Assembly: GCA_023485865.1 (NCBI GenBank)
Contig: JAMCZC010000002.1
Location: forward strand, 1,000-64,999
DNA from: Patescibacteria group bacterium
GTDB lineage: Bacteria > Patescibacteriota > Microgenomatia > Levybacterales > UBA12049
Direction: 5' to 3'
DNA length: 64,000 nucleotides
How positions within the stretch are numbered: the first letter of the stretch is position 1; every line of letters starts with the position of its first letter. The position numbers and the translations under genes are program-made. Shown here piece by piece: positions 1-9,808 of the stretch. The notes beneath the pieces are model-generated. The model was not told the origin of the DNA. It ran no database searches and saw nothing but the letters and a program-made list of their open reading frames with translations.

Positions 1-43
1 TCAATAATATGTCGCTAAAGTTAATTTGTCAAGTGCTTTTCTG

Positions 44-400
44 TCAAAACCAAAACCTTCCTCTGCCGCCTCCTCCGCCCCCGCCATTTCCCCCACCGCC
101 GAAAATCAAAGTACTTACAATCTGGATAATGAAAAAGGAAGCGGAGATAACAATGAGTCCTACTATTGAATAAATCAGCCTATTTCTGGCAGACTGGATT
201 TTTTGCTTGTCTCCTCCCGACATTGTCCATTGAATTCCGGCAAATATTACAAAGGCCAGAGCCGCAACGTCTGCTAAGACAAACAATATGGTTAGAGCAA
301 CCTGGATAATGCCTATTCCGCTTGTGCCAAAGCCTCCGCTTGGAATGCCGCTCGGCACAGGAATAGGGCTCCCATTCATAGTCAAAGCTAACTCTTTCAT
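44..400 (-). CDS. CPR pilin (TrbC/VirB2-like)
   Basis: Two TM helices around the motif AGIQWTMSGGDKQKIQSARNRLIYSIVGL, typical of CPR pilins; Gly-rich tail. Confidence 0.8.
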   Translation of the reverse strand: MKELALTMNGSPIPVPSGIPSGGFGTSGIGIIQVALTILFVLADVAALAFVIFAGIQWTMSGGDKQKIQSARNRLIYSIVGLIVISASFFIIQIVSTLIFGGGGNGGGGGGGRGRFWF

Positions 401-1512
401 GGTTTAAAAGCTGGTATATGCAATATGTCCACGCCGATTATTTGCAGTATAACAAGAGCGAAAATGATAAACAATAAGCCGACAATAGCCGCCGTAAGCT
501 GTTCCCTTGCCCCCTTAAGCGCTTCGGGATTGCCTTGGGATGATAATATTTTGTAGCCGGAAATGATAATTAATAGAAGCGCAACTCCCCCAGAAATGCT
601 CAATATTAAACCGAAAGCCCAAGCAATAAAACCTGAAGGATTAGTAGAAATACTTCCTAATGCAGTTTTGCAACTGTCTCCAAAGCAATTGATTTGGTTA
701 AACTGGTCCTGCGTTGTTCCTTTTTGACAAGTAAATTTCTGGTAGTCGGCGTCCGGCAGGCAAACGTATACCCCGTTGCCACAAGAGTTAGCCTTACTCG
801 GGTCGCACTCGCCAGTGGGAACACACGTGTAGGTAGAATTTAATGTAGGGTGGGAGCATGTAGTACTGCCTGTGCAGGCCGGAGAGCATCCTGTATTGGG
901 GACAAAATTGCATTTGCCAATTGTATTAACTCCATCTATGAAGTTGGCGTAAGTTCCAGAAGCGTATTCGCAAATTAAATTACTGCAACATGTCGCTTGG
1001 GTTCCTGCACTGCCAATGCACCCTGTTTGATCTTGTTTAATGCAGTTCGGGACAGGAGGCCTAACAGGAGAACCTTTAGGGTACGCACACCACATTTTGC
1101 CCGCATTATCAAATGAATAACAATACCCTGAACCTGAACATGAGGCTGAACCATAGCCCCATGCAGAACAATCATGGGTGCTGGTGGGGCATCTTGGATC
1201 TCTGTTGGCGCAGTTATAGATAGGGACTGGTGGCGCACCAGTTTTATAAGCACAAAAATGTGCATTATTTTCAGTAGAAAAATAACAACCATTAAGTGTA
1301 TGGCAGTCATTAGCGGGGGTTGCGCTACTTGTTAAATCCTTGCAGTTAGGGTATAGGGAGGTATTTTGCGGGTTACAAGTACTGCTAGTTGGGCTGTTAA
1401 ATCCCGCATTTGGCCTGTTTGAACAGTCAGCTGCATTAGCCTTGCCTGAGAAAGAGGTTAAGAAAAAAGAAATAAAAAAAAATGAAAAAATGAAAATAAA
1501 TATCTTCCTCAC
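397..1512 (-). CDS. Pilin with large Cys-rich extracellular N-terminal domain
   Basis: Signal peptide from probable GTG at 1512, many Cys, C-terminal pilin motif SGYKILSSQGNPEALKGAREQLTAAIVGL. Confidence 0.75.
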   Translation of the reverse strand: MRKIFIFIFSFFFISFFLTSFSGKANAADCSNRPNAGFNSPTSSTCNPQNTSLYPNCKDLTSSATPANDCHTLNGCYFSTENNAHFCAYKTGAPPVPIYNCANRDPRCPTSTHDCSAWGYGSASCSGSGYCYSFDNAGKMWCAYPKGSPVRPPVPNCIKQDQTGCIGSAGTQATCCSNLICEYASGTYANFIDGVNTIGKCNFVPNTGCSPACTGSTTCSHPTLNSTYTCVPTGECDPSKANSCGNGVYVCLPDADYQKFTCQKGTTQDQFNQINCFGDSCKTALGSISTNPSGFIAWAFGLILSISGGVALLLIIISGYKILSSQGNPEALKGAREQLTAAIVGLLFIIFALVILQIIGVDILHIPAFKP

Positions 1513-1561
1513 ACTTTTATCGTACCTTAAGAAATAAACAAAATGCAAGCCCTGCCCCTAT

Positions 1562-1592
1562 AGATTTCCGATTTATGATTTTTGATTAATGA
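1562..1592. repeat. Heptamer array (GATTTWT-like), downstream arm of four-helix-bundle gene 1
   Basis: GATTTCC GATTTAT GATTTTT GATTAAT. Confidence 0.75.
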
Positions 1593-1959
1593 ATGTTTTA
1601 CTTTTTCTGATAAGGCCCTGCAAAAGCGGCCCAACGATATTTGATTGTTTACTTAAAATTGTAAATTGGCTTTCGGTTAAATAGCCTACGTCTTTTGCAA
1701 TAAGTATAAAATTTTTAAGCTCGGATAATGAACCTTTTGCTAAATAATAAAACTGGACTTTTTCTTTATAAGTTTGCCTTCCAAACCCCTCCGCGATATT
1801 TGCAGTTATTGAAGCCGCAGCTCGTCTCATCTGGTCGATTAGCGAGTAGGTTTCTTCTCTTGGGAAATCTTTGGTTATTTTATATACCAAAACAACTAAT
1901 TCATGCCCCTCTTTCCATACGTTCAGATCGGTAAATGATTCAATCTTTCCGTTATTCAT
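1573..1959 (-). CDS. Four-helix-bundle protein (23S rRNA IVP / bAvd-like)
   Basis: SFTDLNVWKEG, FPREETYSLIDQMRRAAASITANIAEG motifs. Confidence 0.92.
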   Translation of the reverse strand: MNNGKIESFTDLNVWKEGHELVVLVYKITKDFPREETYSLIDQMRRAAASITANIAEGFGRQTYKEKVQFYYLAKGSLSELKNFILIAKDVGYLTESQFTILSKQSNIVGPLLQGLIRKSKTFINQKS

Positions 1960-1961
1960 AA

Positions 1962-1992
1962 ATCTTTAATCAATAATCAGTAATCTTTAAAT
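1962..1992. repeat. Heptamer array (AATCWWT-like), upstream arm of four-helix-bundle gene 1
   Basis: AATCTTT AATCAAT AATCAGT AATCTTT; inverted relative to the 1562-1592 array. Confidence 0.75.
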
Positions 1993-1996
1993 TTAC

Positions 1997-3382
1997 TTAC
2001 ACAGTAAATTTGAATCCGCGGCCTTTTACCGTTTGGATATGGTTTGGGGTATTGGGGTCGTTTTCTATTTTTTTTCTAAGCCTGAAAATAAGCTGGTCAA
2101 GGGCCTGGTTGGTAACTCCTGCAGTTGACTGCATATTTTCCCAAACTGCATTTATAATTTCTTCTCTTTCAATTATTTTTCCGGCATTTACGATAAAAAA
2201 TTTTAAGAGCTTAAATTCAGACGACGTAAGCTTATCCGAAATAACTAAATTCCCCTTTTTAACCTCATTGGAATTTTGGTCAAAAACAATCTTTTCATTT
2301 TCCGCCGAAAGCTTATTTTTTTCTAAAGCATAGTCTTTTAAAAGCGGAATCGTTAATTTGTTTTTGTCGATTAAACCAACGTTTTCAAGATAAGAAATGT
2401 CCTGATTGGCAAAATTTAAAAGCGTTAATAAGTTTTGTTCGAAAGGGTTTAGGCAGTTCCAAATGCCAAAAAGAGCGCTTCTTACGGGTTTTTGTTTAAG
2501 AAAAAACTCGCCCAGCTCCGAGCTAGACGCTAATGGTTGATTTTTGATTATTGATTTTTGATTATTGATTGTTAGAATTGCCTCCAAACAATGCCTGGTT
2601 AAATTTCCATGTCCTCCGGTTAAGGAAAGAACTTTCCCAAGCGTTTTCTTATCTATTTTTTTGCCTGTTACCTTTTCAAGATATGCAATTCTAAAATCAA
2701 GACCCGGTTTATCTAAAATAGGCAGGTACACAATTTTTCCTGCCATAAATTCGTAAAAATCTCCAAAAAATATAGGTTCAAAAATATCCTCCAGAGGTCT
2801 GGTTGCAGAAAAAACAACGGAAAAGCGGTATTTTGCCCTGTTTCTTAAAACTCTTAAGTTAGCGAAAAAATCAGCGGTTAAAGCGGGAACATATTCTTCG
2901 AACCTGTCTAAAAGGAAAACAATCGCAAGCTCTTTTTCTATGGCCAAAAAATCAATTGCCCTTTTTAGCCCCTGAAATAAAATCAACTCATCATTTAATT
3001 CGATGCTCTCTCTAAAAATTTTATTAACCGCGTCGTATTCATTTTCCATTTTTCTGCCTCTTAAAGAATCTAAAAGCCCTAGGAATATAAATTTAGTTGC
3101 GTCAAAAAGCGGTTTTTTTCTTATTTCCGAAAAATTTAAAAGCACAAAATGAAACCATTTTTGGTTTTCACCTAAATGTTTTAAGCGCACATTTCGGTTA
3201 TAAGCCAAGAGCCCTAAAAGGTTAGATCTTCCTATTCCGGGGACGCCAATTATTTGGCAGGAATTGCCCTCTTTAACAAAAGACAGAATTTTTTCAATCT
3301 CAGGAAATCTCGTATCTTCCGGATACAAAGATTCAAAATGAGAGGAATCGATTGTTAAATTGTTAAATTGTTTCATCTTCAT
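1997..3382 (-). CDS. P-loop (AAA/STAND-like) domain fused to OmpR-type winged-helix DNA-binding domain
   Basis: Variant Walker A GVPGIGRS, Walker B LLDRFE, C-terminal LTSSEFKLL...IFRLRKKIE...IQTVKGRGFKF (Trans_reg_C). Confidence 0.8.
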   Translation of the reverse strand: MKMKQFNNLTIDSSHFESLYPEDTRFPEIEKILSFVKEGNSCQIIGVPGIGRSNLLGLLAYNRNVRLKHLGENQKWFHFVLLNFSEIRKKPLFDATKFIFLGLLDSLRGRKMENEYDAVNKIFRESIELNDELILFQGLKRAIDFLAIEKELAIVFLLDRFEEYVPALTADFFANLRVLRNRAKYRFSVVFSATRPLEDIFEPIFFGDFYEFMAGKIVYLPILDKPGLDFRIAYLEKVTGKKIDKKTLGKVLSLTGGHGNLTRHCLEAILTINNQKSIIKNQPLASSSELGEFFLKQKPVRSALFGIWNCLNPFEQNLLTLLNFANQDISYLENVGLIDKNKLTIPLLKDYALEKNKLSAENEKIVFDQNSNEVKKGNLVISDKLTSSEFKLLKFFIVNAGKIIEREEIINAVWENMQSTAGVTNQALDQLIFRLRKKIENDPNTPNHIQTVKGRGFKFTV

Positions 3383-3424
3383 ATCAAAAATAAAATTTTA
3401 AATATAGAATACACATAGTAAAAA

Positions 3425-3796
3425 TCAAATATTATTCCTTTTCCCTTTTAAAGTCAGGACGCTCGATCCGAATATTTTGGAAATTTCATCAAGTTCTGCC
3501 AAAATTGAATCTGCTTCCTCTTTCTCACCGTTACCTGTATCTCGCAATATCAAAACCCAAACCTTGCTTTCATTTGCCGACTTTAGAGAATGATGGAAAT
3601 AGTTCGTATAATCTTTCTTTGAACTTGCAGACTGGCCTTCTATGTAATTACCTAAAATACTTGTCCCGCTTCTTATTAATTGATCTCCGACAATTCTAGT
3701 TGTTTGGGACTTTTTACAATTTTCAACAAATTTAATAATCCTTAAAATAAGGCTATATAAACGTCTTTTAAATTCTCTTTCCCTATTATCTTTCAT
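3425..3796 (-). CDS. Four-helix-bundle protein (TIGR02436-like)
   Basis: QLIRSGTSILGNYIEG, SLKSANESKVW motifs. Confidence 0.9.
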   Translation of the reverse strand: MKDNREREFKRRLYSLILRIIKFVENCKKSQTTRIVGDQLIRSGTSILGNYIEGQSASSKKDYTNYFHHSLKSANESKVWVLILRDTGNGEKEEADSILAELDEISKIFGSSVLTLKGKRNNI

Positions 3797-3962
3797 ATTT
3801 AAAATTTAATATTTTATTTAAGTTTTGATATGTATTTTTTATATTTTATATTTAATCTTTTAATTCTCTTCCGCCTTTTGAATTGCTCTGTGGAACTATT
3901 GTAATTTTTTTGTTAGCTAAATATCAAGTTTTTTGTTTGCTTTGGGAATAGAATGACGGCAT

Positions 3963-6900
3963 ATGACAGAGCGAGGGCCAAGAGCAATTGATTTGACAAA
4001 CCAGGCTAATCCTCATAGACTGAATGTAAGAGGAGATATTTTTATGCCAGGAGAACCAGGTGGCGGAGAAACGCCGCCAATACATCATCCAGCAGCAGAA
4101 ACAAGCAAAAAGCCTAGCGAGCCAGCGGAGTCAAAACCAACCTCAAGATATTTACCTGTCACGTTTGAGAGGCAGCAAGAGGTAAGGGAAGCATGGATGA
4201 GAAGACGGGAAGAACAAGAAAGAGGCGGGGAAAGAATAACAAGGGAACAGCTCGAAACGGAAGAAAAACTTATAAGAATGGGAATTCCACCTATTTCAGG
4301 AGGTTCCGGTGATGAACCGGAAGATTCTCAAGGCCAACCTACGGAAACCGATGCGCAAGCTCCTGAAAGAAGAACATTTAAGCCATCTGCTGAATGGCAA
4401 GAAATTCCAAGAAGTGTGGCAATTCCTCCAGGGGCAACAATAAGAATGGATATGGAGTCAGGCAAAAGTTATGCCAAATGGGACACGCCTCCCGAAACAG
4501 AGATTGAATATGAATTTGGAGCAGAAAGTGCCGGAGATGGCGGAGGACAAGAGCCCCCAGTGCGAGGGGCGGGCCCTCCTGCCAGCCCCCCCGGCGGCGA
4601 TGGAGGAGGTAATGAACCGCCCGCTCCGCCAGTAACTCCACCAGGAGGAGAAGGCGGAAATGGAAATGGTGACGAAAATCCTCGGGAAGAACAAGAACCG
4701 GCAAACGAAGGAGCAGATGCGGCTCATGAGCCTGAATCTCCTACGTCGGCCGCAGATCCTATTAGCAAAGCATTGTCTAGGATTCCTGAAGACTTAACTA
4801 AGGATGAAAAAGATTTCATTAGCGAAAATTATGGTGAAGACGCAGAAGACTTAATAAAAAGAGCCACGGAACAAAGAAGGGCGCTAAAACTCTACGCAGA
4901 TCAATTTAGAGAAGAGCGATTTGATAGACTATTCGATCCGGAGCGCTCGTATTATAAATTGAGTGAAGCCATAAGAATGGGAGAGGTCTCCGCGGTAGAG
5001 GCTGAAGAGCTTCGAATGGCAATAGCAACAAGCGCTGTAGCGGAAAGATTACGAAGACAACCCCCTGAAGAAAGGGATGAGATAAGAGATCTACTAGAGA
5101 GAACAAAGGATGGTACGCCGGAAGCAAAACTAGAGAGAAGGAATGGTCTTAAGGGGTGGATTGAAAGAATTAATCCTGATTACATAACAGTTGATCCAAA
5201 TTTCATGCGAGCGGTTGCCGAAGACCCGGAAGCCGCGGAGATGTTTCTTGATAAGATAATTTCAAAACCCTTTGCCTCTCCTGAAGACCAATACAGCCTA
5301 AGCTTTTATGCGGCAATAAATTTATCGGGTTTCTTAACAGAAGTAAATGCCGTAAGTAGACAACGGCACACCGATTATGTGCGGAAAAAAGAAGCTTCGC
5401 TTAGGTTTCATGAAATGAACAGAACCATAATCTCCGAATCGGGCAATCTTGAAGCGTTTTTGAGTATCTCGCGATCGGTAACTCCTCAACACATACAAAC
5501 AGCAACAGAGATAACAGGGGCAGCGCACATGCGACATCTGATTGAAAGCGCCTTTAAAAGGCTATATGCGGCAAAAAATCAAGTAGAGGAACATGACTTT
5601 CCGGAGCAAATTATTGAACGGTCAATAAGGCAATTCTATAGAGATGCAGGGTATGAGCTTGTCGTTGAGCCCGGCGAAAATGAGGGGAAATGGGTATATA
5701 AAGGAAGAGACGTTATCAAAAGCGAATTCCGCGATGCCGATAATAACAAGAGACCCTTAGAAGTTTGGGAAATTGAAAGAGCAGTTGCATTTGGAAGAAA
5801 TATGTCTGCGGCCTTTTACCGTCTATCGGAGCTTGTTTCATGGAGTCATGTTTCCCCGGAAGCGCCGGAATGGCTTAAGTCTATGCCCTCGGAAACCGTG
5901 GTAAGAAATCTCGGAGGCCTTAAAATGCTTCAAGAAAGATTTAAATACGGCCAAACCAAAGGGGGTCCGCAGTTTGTTGCTCTTCTTTACGACAAACTAC
6001 AAAAAGGTTTTAAAGATAAATCCAAAGATTATAACGAAAAGCACGAGAAAGACGGAGAAAGAATGATTACTAAAATTGGCAAACTAAGCATTTTAACAGA
6101 CATACTTCCCACCGGTTTTTATAAGGCCTCGGGATTTGACAAGGGCTGGAGAACTATTGCCGCATACCTTGATACAAAAGTAGCAAGTATAACTATACCT
6201 GATTCAAACATTTTTCCTAATCTAACCAAAAAAGATTTTCCCGAACTCGATCCGAAAAACTTCCCTGACTATAAACCGGAGGATGTGCCAGGCATGGTGA
6301 GAAAAGCAATAGAAGAACTTATGGGTAAAATAAAAGGGAATGAAACAACCTTATATAGATTTCTTCTAAGCCAAGAGCTTGCTGCCCAGCTCGCTACCGC
6401 TGTAAGCGACAAGGAAGCTACGGCTGCCGGGGTATTAACTCCAAAGGAAGACAGACCGTTTAACGCTAAAATACAAAAAATACTTGTTGAACAAGCATTG
6501 ATGCCGCTTTTAGGATATAAATATAACCCGGAGGGAGCTAAGAAAAGAGCTAAAGAGAAAAACCCGCAAGAAGCTAATTGGATAGGTCCGTGGGAATATA
6601 AAGGAGATGCAGAAGCGGGAGATAGGATGGTAGACCAAATAAATCTATCTTTAGGGATTTTGATAGGAAATGGCTCGTCTTCGGAAAGAGTCAAAACTGC
6701 TCTCTGGAAGAAAACTGCGTCTTTCCTGCCGCTTGAAGTTGGGCAACTCTTATCAGAAGCAGGCGTCAGAGAACTTATCGATGATTATGATGTACACAAA
6801 GCCCCCAACGAAAAAATTCAAGGGGAGGGCGAGTTTCTTTTTAGCGACGAATTTGAGAGAAAATTATTCAGGGCGGAACAATCAAGAATTAGAGCGCAAG

Positions 6901-7679
6901 TTCAAGAGCAAGAGAGGGCGGTGGGCGCAGAGGCTAAAGCTGAAAGAATAGCTGGGAGAATTGAGCTCGACAGTTTTCTTGCAACAGCCGGTCTTGATGC
7001 GGATGAAATTGCTTTTGTAAGAAAACTTCAGAAGTTTGGTAAAGATAGAGCCGAACAACTTGCGATGGTTTCTTTCCCGCACATTCCCTTTCTGGAAGAC
7101 GTTCCTTTTGATAAGGCAGATTACATTAGTCTTGGCGCAGAAGTTTTTCCAAGACGAATCGGAAGAGATTTTAGCGGTTATGCAAAAGCAACAGAAGAAG
7201 GCGGAAATATTATCGGCCACCTTGAATTACCATACGAAAACTTTCTTGAAATAGTAGGAAAAGTAGAGGATAGCCTTTCGGGTCCGGAGGGTTCGATAGC
7301 TGCCCAAGATTTGGGCTCAACTTTTCTAAAAACATATATTGATCTTGCCAAACAATGGGGGATTACGCGTTTGCCGCTGGTTAAAGGGGTACGTGAGTTT
7401 AGGGGATTACCAACTTCCGGATTTCAGAAGATCTTCGGACGAGAAGCCCCCTCTTGGGGACCAACGGAGATAAACCATGAAGTTAATGTGGCGCTTGGTA
7501 AAGGACTGATAAGAAGGGAAATAATTCCTGGCGAAAAAGAGTCTCAGACGGATGAAATTTTGCATCACGCACGCGCTGCGTGGCTAAATGTTTTGAATGA
7601 GCAGGGGCCAAAAGGACTGATGTTTCTAATAATGACTGCTCTTTTTAAATTCTTCAAAGAGGTCACGAAAAGTAAGTAA
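3963..7679 (+). CDS. Large hypothetical protein (1238 aa) with acidic Pro/Gly-rich N-terminus
   Basis: Long ORF; TAGAAT 8 nt before ATG; no recognisable domain. Confidence 0.75.
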   Translation: MTERGPRAIDLTNQANPHRLNVRGDIFMPGEPGGGETPPIHHPAAETSKKPSEPAESKPTSRYLPVTFERQQEVREAWMRRREEQERGGERITREQLETEEKLIRMGIPPISGGSGDEPEDSQGQPTETDAQAPERRTFKPSAEWQEIPRSVAIPPGATIRMDMESGKSYAKWDTPPETEIEYEFGAESAGDGGGQEPPVRGAGPPASPPGGDGGGNEPPAPPVTPPGGEGGNGNGDENPREEQEPANEGADAAHEPESPTSAADPISKALSRIPEDLTKDEKDFISENYGEDAEDLIKRATEQRRALKLYADQFREERFDRLFDPERSYYKLSEAIRMGEVSAVEAEELRMAIATSAVAERLRRQPPEERDEIRDLLERTKDGTPEAKLERRNGLKGWIERINPDYITVDPNFMRAVAEDPEAAEMFLDKIISKPFASPEDQYSLSFYAAINLSGFLTEVNAVSRQRHTDYVRKKEASLRFHEMNRTIISESGNLEAFLSISRSVTPQHIQTATEITGAAHMRHLIESAFKRLYAAKNQVEEHDFPEQIIERSIRQFYRDAGYELVVEPGENEGKWVYKGRDVIKSEFRDADNNKRPLEVWEIERAVAFGRNMSAAFYRLSELVSWSHVSPEAPEWLKSMPSETVVRNLGGLKMLQERFKYGQTKGGPQFVALLYDKLQKGFKDKSKDYNEKHEKDGERMITKIGKLSILTDILPTGFYKASGFDKGWRTIAAYLDTKVASITIPDSNIFPNLTKKDFPELDPKNFPDYKPEDVPGMVRKAIEELMGKIKGNETTLYRFLLSQELAAQLATAVSDKEATAAGVLTPKEDRPFNAKIQKILVEQALMPLLGYKYNPEGAKKRAKEKNPQEANWIGPWEYKGDAEAGDRMVDQINLSLGILIGNGSSSERVKTALWKKTASFLPLEVGQLLSEAGVRELIDDYDVHKAPNEKIQGEGEFLFSDEFERKLFRAEQSRIRAQVQEQERAVGAEAKAERIAGRIELDSFLATAGLDADEIAFVRKLQKFGKDRAEQLAMVSFPHIPFLEDVPFDKADYISLGAEVFPRRIGRDFSGYAKATEEGGNIIGHLELPYENFLEIVGKVEDSLSGPEGSIAAQDLGSTFLKTYIDLAKQWGITRLPLVKGVREFRGLPTSGFQKIFGREAPSWGPTEINHEVNVALGKGLIRREIIPGEKESQTDEILHHARAAWLNVLNEQGPKGLMFLIMTALFKFFKEVTKSK

Positions 7680-7709
7680 TAATCAGGGTCAGTCTCAAGC
7701 CTAAGATTT

Positions 7710-9428
7710 TCATTTACGCGTAAATGACGGCAATTTAGGGAGCCTTCTTCTTATATAATCCCCGGCTTCAAATACGAGCGCCTGTTTAACGATCGCACTC
7801 GCCGCAGATCCTGGAGCGCCTACAACCGCAGTTCCTGTTCCGAGGTATCTGCCTATCGGAGCAAGGTCAATTTTCGGAGCCTTAAAAGCAGCTTTTGTCA
7901 TATTTACAACACTCGGTGTGGAAAGTATGACTCCGACTGTGATTAAAGCACCTATTGCGCCGGATACTCCGGGGTTGCCAACAAGAGGAGGGACAAATTG
8001 TCCGCCGGTTTGCGTTGCGCCGACAGCAGTACTTAACATTTTTCCAATAAGGAACATAGCTATGGTTACCGGAAAAGCGGAAAGATTAGCAACTATATCT
8101 CTTAGCCAGGCACCGAAGCCTACATTTTGTGAATTCCCCCCAGGCATAAGGCCGGCTATTATCCAAAACGGCGCAAAAATAACATCCACCAAAACCATAA
8201 CGTAGGCTATAATAAGAGTAAACCAAAGCCTGATTAGCGCGGCAAAAACGGCAATAAAAATTATTAAAAATATAATTGTATTAGGGATAATTTCTCTTAA
8301 AAGGACTTCAAAGCCTGCGAGAGAAATAATTCCCGCCCCGCCCCCGATAAGAGTATTTAAGCCAGGTATGTTGCCGAAGAAACCTGCTGGATTTGCTTGA
8401 GCCACTTGTATGCCTGTCATTATTGCTGCTATGCTGCTTATTGTATGAATTAATATGTTTACAGGACTGTTATCAAGTACTCCTCCCAATGGCCCCCCGA
8501 TTCCTATAATGCTCCTAAACATATCTCCGAATGGACCTGCTACCCCCATTATTGCGTTAAAGCCTCCGCCTCCGCTTGCTCCGCCCTTTGCCATCGCATC
8601 AAAAGCTGCAAAAGGAGTGTTGCCTTGGAGAAAAACAGGATTTAGAGTACTTAAGTCAGCATTGGGAACGGACTTAGCAGTTTCAGAAAAAACATTAAAA
8701 AATAAATAAATAGCCACATACATTACGTCGATAAGAAATCCTGCAATTGCAAAGGAAAAAGTCACCATGAGTAATCCGATTATTATTTTGGGAATTTGGT
8801 TTTGAATAGTCATTACGGTTCTTGGGTCAATTTTGACTCTTAGCATGATTGCGATGCCTATAATTACAAACACTAAGATAAAAATAAGATAAACAATATT
8901 TCTGAAAACAGACCAAACGCCAATTAAGTTTAATTTGCTTAGCCCGCAAAACCCAATTCCGCGCGGGTCCTGATAGCAAGGGTTGGGGGCAGGAGATACG
9001 GCGTATGTGGGTTTTGAAATACCAAAATTTTGAGATAAATAGTTAATATAATCTCTGGAGCGTATGGGCGGAGTATATAGGATGGTAATTAAATTACCCA
9101 TTACCCCTACCGCGCCGCCGCCGTTTTCGACAAACCCGATTTTTCCGGTTTTTTGGTCAACGCCTAAGCATTTTGCCGAAGGATTGGTGGGGTCAACTCC
9201 TGCCAGCTGGCAAGTCATTGCCGACATTACTTCTATCATTACGTTTTGCGTCCAGTTGTGGAGATTATTCGGAACATCCGGATTTGTGTTTGGCGAGGTA
9301 TAAGAATTAACCGGTTGAGTTTGCGGCTGAACAGGTGCTTGGGCGAAGGTCGGTGCCTTAATAAGCAACAGCGAAAAAAATACAAGAAGAACAAAAATTA
9401 TGGATTTAAACAAGGCAGCTTTCCTCAT
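7710..9428 (-). CDS. Polytopic membrane protein, CPR VirB6/TrbL-like
   Basis: Signal peptide; WSVFRNIVY...IPKIIIGLLMVTFSFAIAG motif; multiple TM helices. Confidence 0.6.
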   Translation of the reverse strand: MRKAALFKSIIFVLLVFFSLLLIKAPTFAQAPVQPQTQPVNSYTSPNTNPDVPNNLHNWTQNVMIEVMSAMTCQLAGVDPTNPSAKCLGVDQKTGKIGFVENGGGAVGVMGNLITILYTPPIRSRDYINYLSQNFGISKPTYAVSPAPNPCYQDPRGIGFCGLSKLNLIGVWSVFRNIVYLIFILVFVIIGIAIMLRVKIDPRTVMTIQNQIPKIIIGLLMVTFSFAIAGFLIDVMYVAIYLFFNVFSETAKSVPNADLSTLNPVFLQGNTPFAAFDAMAKGGASGGGGFNAIMGVAGPFGDMFRSIIGIGGPLGGVLDNSPVNILIHTISSIAAIMTGIQVAQANPAGFFGNIPGLNTLIGGGAGIISLAGFEVLLREIIPNTIIFLIIFIAVFAALIRLWFTLIIAYVMVLVDVIFAPFWIIAGLMPGGNSQNVGFGAWLRDIVANLSAFPVTIAMFLIGKMLSTAVGATQTGGQFVPPLVGNPGVSGAIGALITVGVILSTPSVVNMTKAAFKAPKIDLAPIGRYLGTGTAVVGAPGSAASAIVKQALVFEAGDYIRRRLPKLPSFTRK

Positions 9429-9495
9429 AAACTATACGCTAGACGCTAATTGCTAAACGCTAAATATAGTTTGTCCTATTTTCTTATGGATGTCA

Positions 9496-9595
9496 ACCCC
9501 GTTAAAACTCTGGTTATAAACTTGAATTTAATATGGGGATTGAAAATAGTCAGTTGAGCTTTGAACTAACAAAAGAAACAAAGTTTTAACGGGGT
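9496..9595. mobile_element. MITE-like element, 100 bp, 14-bp terminal inverted repeats
   Basis: ACCCCGTTAAAACT ... AGTTTTAACGGGGT; related TIR at 15892-15971. Confidence 0.7.
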
Positions 9596-9642
9596 AAGGT
9601 TTGTTAAAAAACATAAATTGAAGTAAAATACCCTTAGGATAT

Positions 9643-9716
9643 GCTCTCGTAGCTCAGCTGGATAGAGCGCGACGTTGCGGACGTCGAGGCCGAAGGTTCG
9701 AATCCTTTCGAGAGCG
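9643..9716 (+). tRNA. tRNA-Arg(GCG)
   Basis: Acceptor GCTCTCG/CGAGAGC, anticodon arm CGACG-TTGCGGA-CGTCG, T-loop TTCGAAT, A20 in D-loop. Confidence 0.93.
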
Positions 9717-9720
9717 CTAG

Positions 9721-9807
9721 GGAGGAGTGCAAGAGCGGTTTATTTGGCCGGTTTCGAAAACCGAGCGGGTCGTAAGACTCACACAGGTTCAAATCCTGTC
9801 TCCTCCG
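9721..9807 (+). tRNA. tRNA-Ser(CGA)
   Basis: Acceptor GGAGGAG/CTCCTCC, loop TTCGAAA, long variable arm, G73. Confidence 0.92.
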
Positions 9808-9808
9808 C

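Noticed and set aside
397-3796. Diversity-generating retroelement (Avd-like genes beside a variable pilin)
   Set aside because: No reverse transcriptase and no TR/VR pair with adenine-specific mismatches visible in the window
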